In this document: positions 18,354-25,740 of the stretch, piece by piece
How the letters are laid out: each line of letters starts with the position of its first letter
Position numbering within the stretch: the first letter of the stretch is position 1
Assembly (NCBI GenBank): GCA_964401035.1
Contig: CAYNWV010000002.1
Coordinates: 6,316 to 70,315, forward strand
Reading direction: 5' to 3'
Length of the DNA: 64,000 nt
Source: an uncultured Candidatus Saccharibacteria bacterium
GTDB taxonomy: Bacteria; Patescibacteriota; Saccharimonadia; Saccharimonadales; Saccharimonadaceae
Notes under the pieces: generated by a model
The model's input: the letters and a program-made list of their open reading frames with translations, nothing else
The model's database searches: none
Told to the model about the DNA's origin: nothing
Position numbers and translations under genes: made by a program

Positions 18354-18455
18354 TTACCTGAACAGTCGCTCGAACCAGTCGAGCAGTCTGTTCAGGAGAC
18401 TGTAGTACTCAGACGGACCGGTGTAGTCCGCCCATGGGTTGTCATCGTACCTCAT
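18354..18455 (-). CDS. hypothetical 33-aa peptide coupled to the upstream membrane protein
   Basis: ATGA stop/start overlap with the 122-aa gene. Translation MRYDDNPWADYTGPSEYYSLLNRLLDWFERLFR (C-terminal half amphipathic). Not in the ORF track because it is under 60 aa. Confidence 0.4.
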   Translation of the reverse strand: MRYDDNPWADYTGPSEYYSLLNRLLDWFERLFR

Positions 18456-18820
18456 CGCTCCTCCTCACGGAGTGCACGGTAGGGGTCAATGCCGATCTGG
18501 CGAAGACCATGTGCGATCTCGCGCAGCTCTTCCTCCTTACGGAGGCGAGCAACATCACGAGCGAACTCGTGATCATCTCGTCCCTCTCGCCAGAACCAGC
18601 GATCCTGGCGGTAGGCGAAGAACATGAAGAGCACGATGTGAATGGCCGCTAGTGACGTCACGAACGCAAGCACTGCCAGCAGGCATGCAAGCGCGACCAT
18701 GATCTCACCTGCGATACGAGCACTGCGCCAGTTGACCCGCGAGATGATGAACATCCCAGCGACAAAACTGACGTAGCATGCGACCGTAGCGGCCGTAACA
18801 ACAAACGCGAAGAGATCCAT
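18452..18820 (-). CDS. hypothetical 122-aa membrane protein (about 3 TM helices plus charged C-terminal helix), GC-rich islet A
   Basis: AAAGGAG RBS 8 nt upstream. Consensus promoter upstream. Hydrophobic segments FAFVVTAATVACYVSFVAGMFII, IMVALACLLAVLAFV, IHIVLFMFFAY. Confidence 0.7.
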   Translation of the reverse strand: MDLFAFVVTAATVACYVSFVAGMFIISRVNWRSARIAGEIMVALACLLAVLAFVTSLAAIHIVLFMFFAYRQDRWFWREGRDDHEFARDVARLRKEEELREIAHGLRQIGIDPYRALREEER

Positions 18821-18896
18821 CGCTGAATCTCCTTTCTAACTGGGGAAGGGTTGGGAAGGAGCAAGCTTTGATGTGATATCGCAGCCTACTATTCTC

Positions 18897-18925
18897 ATTA
18901 TAGCACTTTCATGTGTTTGTGTCAA
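18897..18925 (-). promoter_or_regulatory. consensus sigma70-type promoter of the minus-strand unit of islet A
   Basis: On the minus strand: TTGACA-17 nt-TGcTATAAT (both hexamers perfect, with TG extension). Confidence 0.75.
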
Positions 18926-18996
18926 TGCTCTTATGTTTATATTGGCCTGGACAACAGAGGCGGGGTATGCTATAGTCAAGCTATCACTATCAATGT

Positions 18997-19016
18997 TGGG
19001 AGGCTGTGAAGCAGCC
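18997..19016 (+). promoter_or_regulatory. candidate L1-binding mRNA mimic of the 23S rRNA L1 stalk in the rplA leader
   Basis: TGGGAGGCTGTGAAG (18997-19011) matches 14 of 15 positions of the E. coli 23S segment UGGGAGGCUUUGAAG as I recall it. Embedded hairpin GGCTG-TGAAG-CAGCC. Lies 30 nt upstream of the rplA ATG. Confidence 0.5.
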
Positions 19017-19044
19017 GCTATCACCACAGAAAGGGTATACACCT

Positions 19045-20049
19045 ATGGCTAAAAAAGCCGAATTACTAGAGGAAGCCGCCAAACTAAAGATCGATGTGCC
19101 GGCAAAGGCGACGATCGCTGATATCGAGAAATTGATCGCTGGCGCAAAACCAGAAAAACGCGAAAAAGTCGAAAAAGAAATCGTCGCCGAGCGCAAGAGT
19201 GACACCGCAAAAGCCGGCAAACGCAGCGAAAAAGCCATCGAAGAAGCGGAAGAAAAGGCCGCTCGTGACGCTCGTAAAGAAGCAGGCGACACCACGCCTC
19301 GCGATCCCGAAGCTGATGCTGCGCGCAAAAAAGGCCCAGCGCCAAAAGTCCGTAGCCGCCTAGAGCGCCGTGGCAAGAACTACCGCCTGGTTGCCGACAA
19401 AGTTGACCATACTACGGTCTACTCGCTGACCGATGCCATCAAGCTCGCCACCGAGACCAATCCATCGAAAATGGATGCCAGTGTTGAAGTCCATGTCCGC
19501 CTGGGTGTTGACCCTCGCCAAGCCGACCAAAACATCCGCACCACTGTCGTGTTGCCTCATGGTACCGGCAAAACCATCCGTGTAGCTGTCTTTGCACCGG
19601 AAGCCGATGCCGCAAAAGCCAAAAAAGCCGGTGCTGATATCGCTGGTGACGAAGAGCTTACCAAACAACTGGACAAAGGCGAGCTGAATTTTGACGTCTT
19701 GGTCGCCACGCCTGCTTATATGCCAAAACTCGGCAAGTACGCCCGACTGCTCGGTCCAAAAGGCCTGATGCCAAATCCAAAGAGCGGCACCGTCGCCGCT
19801 GACGTCGCCAAAGCCGTCACCGAAGCCAAAGCCGGCAAAGTTGAATACCGCGTCGACAAACAGGCGATTGTCCACCTGTCGGTCGGTAAAGTGAGTTTCG
19901 GTGCTGCCAAACTCGAAGAAAACGCCCGCGCGTTCTTCCAGAGTCTCCAGAGCCAGAAACCATCGAGCCTCAAAGGCATCTACGTCAAGTCGACCTCGGT
20001 CTCCACGACCATGGGTCCTGGTATTAAAGTCGAAAACCAGACAAACTAG
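19045..20049 (+). CDS. rplA: 50S ribosomal protein L1 with ~108-aa N-terminal extension
   Basis: Canonical L1 core starts near [26 protein letters not shown] and continues through [12 protein letters not shown] and [14 protein letters not shown] 19045 (MAKKAELL) follows an AAAGGG RBS. TGcTATAGT at 18968-18976. Confidence 0.9.
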   Translation: MAKKAELLEEAAKLKIDVPAKATIADIEKLIAGAKPEKREKVEKEIVAERKSDTAKAGKRSEKAIEEAEEKAARDARKEAGDTTPRDPEADAARKKGPAPKVRSRLERRGKNYRLVADKVDHTTVYSLTDAIKLATETNPSKMDASVEVHVRLGVDPRQADQNIRTTVVLPHGTGKTIRVAVFAPEADAAKAKKAGADIAGDEELTKQLDKGELNFDVLVATPAYMPKLGKYARLLGPKGLMPNPKSGTVAADVAKAVTEAKAGKVEYRVDKQAIVHLSVGKVSFGAAKLEENARAFFQSLQSQKPSSLKGIYVKSTSVSTTMGPGIKVENQTN

Positions 20050-20072
20050 ATAGCTCCATCGCTATCCCCACA

Positions 20073-20096
20073 CCGCCCCGTAACAGGGGCGGTTTT
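20073..20096 (+). terminator. intrinsic terminator after rplA
   Basis: CCGCCCC-GTAACA-GGGGCGG followed by TTTT. Confidence 0.8.
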
Positions 20097-20269
20097 CGTC
20101 ATTTTGTAGAATCCTCAGATCATAGGATCTAACCCTGGAATCGCTGAAGTTGTTATTTTGGTGTATGTGGGGCTCTGCCGTACACTAGATAGTAGCTCAG
20201 CTATCTTCGGATAGCCCTGCTGCACAGAGTGGCGCGTCGTGACTAGACTCCGGCGCGCCACGTATAATG

Positions 20270-20968
20270 TCAGTATTCTCCATTCCCGTACACGCAGACT
20301 TCTTCACGGAACGTCTCGCCGTGCGTGATCATATCGAGCGTTGAGCTGGTGGTTGGAAATAGGCGATCGTGTGCGAGTAGTTTTTCGACCGTCATCCATT
20401 CGCTGTAGCCACCATACCAAGCACTTGGAGTTGTCATGACAGGGACATCAGCGAGCATAATAACAAAAAGCTTGTCCTCGAGTATCGCGCCGTGGATATC
20501 TCGGTCGATGACACGGTACGTACCAGCAACACGGAATACAGCATCGATACCCGTCTGACGCTTGAGCGCTCGCTCGGCCGACCTTTCAGCTGGCATACCA
20601 CGCAGTAGCGGCGCGCTGGCAATACCCCAGAAATCACGAAACGGCTCGCGGTCGCGCCGGTGGCCGATCACATAATCGCTGCACCGCACCACCATGAGCA
20701 TCGATGATTTTGGCTGTTCGATCTCGCGGCCACGAAAGTCTAGCCGACCAGTGAATTCTTTGCCTTCAGCGGTCAGTTCATATAGCCCATCTTCAGCTTT
20801 TATAACATAGCCTTGTCTCTGTAGTTTCCGGATATGAAACTTGAACGTATCACTTTCTATGCCCGCAGCTCGTCGCAGTTCGCTATATCGTGCGCGCGTA
20901 GCATACAGAAGGGAACGCAGCACGCTACTTTGCACGATGTGCAGTCTATCATTTTGTTTCATTGTCAT
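20270..20968 (-). CDS. winged-helix DNA-binding domain fused to a Nudix-fold domain with a degenerate Nudix box (putative regulator)
   Basis: N-terminus LRSLLYATRARYSELRRAAGIESDTFKFHIRKLQRQGYV (MarR/ArsR-like wHTH). C-terminal GMPAERSAERALKRQTGID aligns to GX5EX7REUXEEXGU, but EE is replaced by RQ. Confidence 0.5.
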   Translation of the reverse strand: MTMKQNDRLHIVQSSVLRSLLYATRARYSELRRAAGIESDTFKFHIRKLQRQGYVIKAEDGLYELTAEGKEFTGRLDFRGREIEQPKSSMLMVVRCSDYVIGHRRDREPFRDFWGIASAPLLRGMPAERSAERALKRQTGIDAVFRVAGTYRVIDRDIHGAILEDKLFVIMLADVPVMTTPSAWYGGYSEWMTVEKLLAHDRLFPTTSSTLDMITHGETFREEVCVYGNGEY

Positions 20969-20986
20969 GATTATAGCAGGTTATCA

Positions 20987-21004
20987 AGGGTAGTAATTTA
21001 CCCT
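20987..21004. promoter_or_regulatory. inverted repeat in the divergent promoter region between the regulator gene and thyA
   Basis: AGGGTA-GTAATT-TACCCT. Candidate operator. Confidence 0.3.
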
Positions 21005-21062
21005 AGATATATCATTCGAACAGATCAATACTAGAAAAACAACCAACGAAAAGGAGGGTAGC

Positions 21063-22025
21063 ATGGCCGAACGAGCCGAAACACAGTATCTACAAATTGC
21101 CAAAGAAATACTCAGCGAGGGTGAAGACCGTACCGACAGAACTGGCACGGGCACCTATGAACTATTTGGACCACAAATGAAATACGACCTACGCGAAGGC
21201 CTACCGGTACTCACAACAAAACAGATTGCTCTCGGTGCTGTCGTATCGGAACTAGCCTGGATGCTCCACGGCGACACCAATCTTCGCTACCTGATCGAGC
21301 ACAAAAATTCGATCTGGAATGAGTGGCCATTTGTCGCCTACCTGGAAAAAAGCGGTCAGGCCATCCCAGAACAGGGCTCGAACGAATGGAAGACCAAGAT
21401 GGCCGAGTATATTGGCCGTGTCGCGTCTGACGATCAGTTTGCCGCCGAACACGGCGACCTGGGGCCGGTCTATGGCCGTCAATGGCGCGCCTGGCAGAGC
21501 AGTAGCGGTGATTTAATTGATCAGATCAGCACTGCTCGAGACCTGATCGTTAACAACCCAATATCACGTCGCATCATTGTCAACGCCTGGAATGTCGGCG
21601 AGCTCGACGAAATGTCTCGGTCAGGTTTGCCGCCCTGCCACATGATGTTCCAATTTAGTGCATCTTCACAATCAGATCCCGAGACCGGGAAGCCGTACCT
21701 CGATATGAAGATGTACCAACGCAGCGCCGACTGGTTCTTGGGGGTGCCATTTAATATGGCGCAGTACGCCATTCTGCTGTCACTGATGGCGCACAGCACT
21801 GACCACACTGCGCGCTACTTCACGCACACTTTTGGCCATGCACATGTCTATAAAAATCATGTCGATCAGATGCGCGAGCAACTGTCTCGTAAAGATGCGC
21901 TGTATCCGCCACCACGCCTGCTTATTAACCCAGAACTACGAGACTTAACAGTTGTCGAACCGAATGATATAGAAATAGTCGGTTATCGATCCCATCCGCG
22001 CATTAAAGCACCGGTAGCTATCTAA
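21063..22025 (+). CDS. thyA: thymidylate synthase (ThyA type)
   Basis: DRTGTGT, RRIIVNAWN and LPPCHMMFQF active-site Cys motifs. AAGGAGGG RBS. Confidence 0.9.
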   Translation: MAERAETQYLQIAKEILSEGEDRTDRTGTGTYELFGPQMKYDLREGLPVLTTKQIALGAVVSELAWMLHGDTNLRYLIEHKNSIWNEWPFVAYLEKSGQAIPEQGSNEWKTKMAEYIGRVASDDQFAAEHGDLGPVYGRQWRAWQSSSGDLIDQISTARDLIVNNPISRRIIVNAWNVGELDEMSRSGLPPCHMMFQFSASSQSDPETGKPYLDMKMYQRSADWFLGVPFNMAQYAILLSLMAHSTDHTARYFTHTFGHAHVYKNHVDQMREQLSRKDALYPPPRLLINPELRDLTVVEPNDIEIVGYRSHPRIKAPVAI

Positions 22026-22579
22026 TTAAATCGATAGGTCACAAAGCTGTAGTTCGGCTCGTCTACGGCCTCAGGATCGACCGCAATACGACGCTGCTCG
22101 ATCCACCCCTCCGGAAACTCTGGCATGAGCACATCTCCCGGAAAATTGCCCGTGATCTCAGTGGCATGAAAGAGAGCAGTCACCCCAATATCATGTAGAG
22201 AGGTATTAGTAAGATACGTAAATGCTTGCTCAAACATCCGCGCACCACCGCCCACGATTGGCTTACCGTACTTTACAGGATCGTTTGCTACCAATGCCAG
22301 AGCATCATCGAGAGTCGGCTGAACAATACACGGCGAGTCAATCGGACGAGATACAACCACTACGACATGGCGTCCGAACTTACCGTGAAGAGACCGCACA
22401 AACGGCTCAGTGTTCGCGCCGACAATCAGAGTATTATCCTTTGTTAATGCACGAAAATGGCGCATATCTTGTTTGAGCATCATCCCCCAGGGCAAACCAT
22501 GTGGGTTTCGGGAATCACCCATCACACGATCAGGTATCGTATACGCGCCGACCATTTCAAAAGCTACTGTCTGCTTCAT
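22022..22579 (-). CDS. folA: dihydrofolate reductase
   Basis: GLPWGMMLKQDMRHFRALTKDNTLIVGANT pattern (LPW...D...F...T...G..T). Its 3' end overlaps the thyA 3' end by 4 bp (convergent). Confidence 0.7.
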   Translation of the reverse strand: MKQTVAFEMVGAYTIPDRVMGDSRNPHGLPWGMMLKQDMRHFRALTKDNTLIVGANTEPFVRSLHGKFGRHVVVVVSRPIDSPCIVQPTLDDALALVANDPVKYGKPIVGGGARMFEQAFTYLTNTSLHDIGVTALFHATEITGNFPGDVLMPEFPEGWIEQRRIAVDPEAVDEPNYSFVTYRFN

Positions 22580-22662
22580 ATATATTCATGGTAGCACGAA
22601 GCAGATTCCACAACGCTATATGTAGCGTGCTCATGCTACCATAATACGAAAAAGGAGAGATC

Positions 22663-23382
22663 ATGGGAGTCTATAGTAATACGCAGATTACCGCTGCGGT
22701 CAAAGATGGAACAATTGTCTGTGTGCCATTTCAGGAACAGCATGTGAGTGAAGCCAGTCTCGACTTTACCCTCGGCCAGTACTATTACCGGCAAGATAGG
22801 GAAGGAGTCGGCGGAGTTTATAATCCATTTGACCCCGATGACGTCCGACGATATTTCCAAGAACGACTCGAAGCGACACCGCACAAGCAGTGGTGTAGCG
22901 CCCATGGCTACAAGACCTTCGTCAATATACCGGACGATCATCCGATTATTGTGCTCGCCCCTGGTGAGCGTATCTTAGCGCATACGCACGAATTTGTCGG
23001 TATCCGTGCCAGGGGTGGCGCCTGCGAGGTACGCTCGCGCAGCAGCTGGGGTCGCAATGGTGTGGCGGTCTGTTTCGATGCCGGCTGGATCGACCCAGGC
23101 TATGTCAATCGCATTACCCTCGAGATCTATAATCTCAACAAGCACGAAAGTGTCGTCCTGCCCGTCGGTGAACGCATGGGACAATTGATATTTCATCATA
23201 CTGGACCGGTCAAAGGCAGTTACGCCGATGGCCGCAACGGCATGAGCGGCAAATACCAGCAGACCGACGATCTCGTCGAGTTGATCGCCAACTGGCAGCC
23301 AAGCGACATGCTACCTCGCGCTTTTAAAGATATACGGCAGATGCCAGAGGCAATCAAAGGCACTCAAAAAGGAGTGAAATGA
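22663..23382 (+). CDS. dcd: dCTP deaminase / dUTPase-superfamily enzyme
   Basis: SLDFTLG N-terminal motif and GWIDPGYVNRITLEIYN. AAAGGAGAG RBS. Confidence 0.75.
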   Translation: MGVYSNTQITAAVKDGTIVCVPFQEQHVSEASLDFTLGQYYYRQDREGVGGVYNPFDPDDVRRYFQERLEATPHKQWCSAHGYKTFVNIPDDHPIIVLAPGERILAHTHEFVGIRARGGACEVRSRSSWGRNGVAVCFDAGWIDPGYVNRITLEIYNLNKHESVVLPVGERMGQLIFHHTGPVKGSYADGRNGMSGKYQQTDDLVELIANWQPSDMLPRAFKDIRQMPEAIKGTQKGVK

Positions 23383-24032
23383 AACAGCGCGGCAGATATA
23401 TCGTTTTCGAGGGTAGTGATGGCGTAGGCAAGGGCACACAGATGAAGCTTGCTGTTGAGGAGTCTAGACGCCGCGATATTCCAACGCTTGCGACTCGTGA
23501 GCCCGGTGATTCAAGTATTGGGTCAGCTGTTCGCAAGATCCTACTTGATCCACATTCTGGCGATATTCACCCTCTTGCTGAGGGCAGCTTATACCTCGCC
23601 GATCGAACACAGTTATGGTTTGGGAAGCTAGCCAGCGCACTTGATGCAGGAATGACCGTTTTTAGCGATCGAAATTACTGGTCAGAAGTAGCATATCAGG
23701 GTTTTGGTGGTCAACAAGATGTCAATAAAATTCTCCAAAAACATCGTCTGGTACTCCCTGAGCGCTACTTGTCTCCGGATATTGGACTTGTCTTTTATCT
23801 GAGCGAGGAAGCGCGTACTGCACGCAAAGCAACTGCTGGCAACGAAGAGTTTGGTACTTTAGATCGCATGGAGCAAAAGCAAGATGTGTTTTTTCAACGT
23901 GTCGAACAAGGCTATGGCTACGTGATGCAGCAGTTAGGCGGAACCGGTGTTGATGCATCTGGCACAATAGAAGAGGTGACTGCCCAGTGGTGGAGGAGAG
24001 TTTTTCCAGATGAACAGCCTCAGCTGTTTTAG
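23379..24032 (+). CDS. tmk: thymidylate kinase
   Basis: IVFEGSDGVGKGTQ P-loop. DR(N)YWS LID-region pattern. 4-bp overlap with dcd. Confidence 0.85.
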   Translation: MKQRGRYIVFEGSDGVGKGTQMKLAVEESRRRDIPTLATREPGDSSIGSAVRKILLDPHSGDIHPLAEGSLYLADRTQLWFGKLASALDAGMTVFSDRNYWSEVAYQGFGGQQDVNKILQKHRLVLPERYLSPDIGLVFYLSEEARTARKATAGNEEFGTLDRMEQKQDVFFQRVEQGYGYVMQQLGGTGVDASGTIEEVTAQWWRRVFPDEQPQLF

Positions 24033-24088
24033 TCCGCCACCACTGTTCTGTGATTGACTTTTCTAAGCTTTAGTGATATAATGTTTCG

Positions 24089-25687
24089 GTGACAAATTTC
24101 GCTCCGGCCTCTGATAGACGAGCCGATACCTACGCCGATTCTCCCGCTTCGCCGAGCGAAGATTTTCCTATGGCACCAGATTCCGTACGTGCGGCCTACC
24201 AATACTATTGGCAGCGCACACAAACTGCTCGCGACACCGCACGCCAAGACGAGCATCGTATGACGACAGTCAATACCCTGCTTCACGACTTTGGCCAAGA
24301 CGACCTCAACAAAGATATCTATACAGCCGCCATGCTCGGGCCGTTTATAGATCGTACTGACGACTATTTGACGTCAAGGAATGCTTTACGTGCGCTCAAG
24401 CAATACTCGACGTATTCTAGCACTACTGCAGACGAATCTGCCTACGTGCTCGGTATTCTAGGTGATCGACGAGCGACGCGTGGTTATTGGAATCGAAGTT
24501 TGTGCGCACTGCATGCGGGCGATACGGAGCTCCTGCCACTCCTCCTCGATCAGTCAAATCTAATGCCGGTATCAGATGAGCTATGGATAAAAACTGATCT
24601 ACTCAAGGGCGTTGATACTCAAACAGCCGTCGATTATTTCGTTGCACTCGATGAGCATGTGCAAGATGTGAATATTGAATCTTTGCTCATCAGTGCTGTC
24701 GAAGAGTATGTCTGGCTCACTTCTGATGAGCCATCGAACGACTCACAGACTTTTCAGCACGTTCACAAGACTGAAGTTTTCTTGGCACCGATCTGTGAGT
24801 TTATCGGTTTTGATGGCCTGGCTTCGGCACTACGCAGTGAGTCCCTGAAGCGTCGGCTGATTAATTCTGGTAATGATATGTACATCAATGATGCAGCAAA
24901 ACTCTTGCAGTCACTAGGCGACGACACGACGGTTGAACAACAGACGCAGCGCATGATTGAGGCGGCACTGGGCGATAATCTGCACGAAGCTGTTATCACC
25001 AATAACGGCAAGCACGATATTCTCATCGGCGAAGGCATCTGTATGCCTGAAACACGCCGGATTACCTGGCGACGCAAATCACTTGGTTCACTAGCCTACA
25101 AACTGTACGAGGATAAGTACTCGGAACAAACAGGGTCACAGCACCCGATGGATATTGTTGCCGCAACCGTCGTTGTAGATAGCGAAGATGAAGTAGCCGA
25201 TATTGTTGCGCATATTGTAGCGCGTATCCAGACCGACTCTCGAACAACACCGAAACCGTCTCCTAGCCGAGAGCAAGCACTGCATATTACGGGACGGCGA
25301 GAGTATATCGAGGCTATCAAGGCATCATTAGAGCAAGCCGGTATCGATACGTCATCGAGAACACTCGACGAAAAACCAGTTGAAACCAAAGCTTTCCATG
25401 TCACGAAGTTTACCTTCATCTATCAAGAATGGCAGCAGCCGATCATGCCAGTAGAGGTTATGGTCACCACATCGCGAGATCGTCGCGAAGCCCGAGTCGG
25501 CGTGGCAGCACATGTACTCTATAAACTGGGCGTCAAACCAACAGCTGGCATAAAGACAGCACCACTTGTGGGTGCTTTTCATAATTTGCGTTCTCGTCGT
25601 GACTGGCTAGGGCACAACCACTTGACAGACAAAAGCCGCGCAAGAGGCAGAGAATTTGGCGACTTAATTGACGCGATACCGCTATAG
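24089..25687 (+). CDS. divergent RelA/SpoT homologue (HD-like plus synthetase-like domains, no TGS/ACT)
   Basis: Alignment by eye to Rel: WRRKSLGSLAYKL (GRPKHIYSIYRKM), MDIVAATVVV (FDLIAIRCVM), VEVMVTTSRDRREARVGVAAHVLYK ([25 protein letters not shown]), AAMLGPFIDRTDD (GFLHDVVEDTD). GTG start at 24089; an alternative ATG is at 24170. Confidence 0.6.
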   Translation: MTNFAPASDRRADTYADSPASPSEDFPMAPDSVRAAYQYYWQRTQTARDTARQDEHRMTTVNTLLHDFGQDDLNKDIYTAAMLGPFIDRTDDYLTSRNALRALKQYSTYSSTTADESAYVLGILGDRRATRGYWNRSLCALHAGDTELLPLLLDQSNLMPVSDELWIKTDLLKGVDTQTAVDYFVALDEHVQDVNIESLLISAVEEYVWLTSDEPSNDSQTFQHVHKTEVFLAPICEFIGFDGLASALRSESLKRRLINSGNDMYINDAAKLLQSLGDDTTVEQQTQRMIEAALGDNLHEAVITNNGKHDILIGEGICMPETRRITWRRKSLGSLAYKLYEDKYSEQTGSQHPMDIVAATVVVDSEDEVADIVAHIVARIQTDSRTTPKPSPSREQALHITGRREYIEAIKASLEQAGIDTSSRTLDEKPVETKAFHVTKFTFIYQEWQQPIMPVEVMVTTSRDRREARVGVAAHVLYKLGVKPTAGIKTAPLVGAFHNLRSRRDWLGHNHLTDKSRARGREFGDLIDAIPL

Positions 25688-25704
25688 AAAACAGTTCTTA
25701 GAAA

Positions 25705-25740
25705 AGAAGCAGCCGCCCGGATGGGCGGCTTTTTGCTTCA
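25705..25740. terminator. bidirectional intrinsic terminator
   Basis: AGCCGCCC-GGAT-GGGCGGCT with a T-run downstream and an A-rich run upstream. Confidence 0.8.

Noticed and set aside
20100-20269. Intergenic region after rplA with a tRNA D-arm-like GTAGCTCAGC, a GCTATC-TTCG-GATAGC hairpin and a GTGGCGCG/CGCGCCAC helix, considered as a tRNA, tmRNA 5' end or SRP RNA.
   Set aside because: No complete cloverleaf, acceptor pairing or SRP motif can be built. It probably holds 3'-UTR or terminator structures for the convergent genes.
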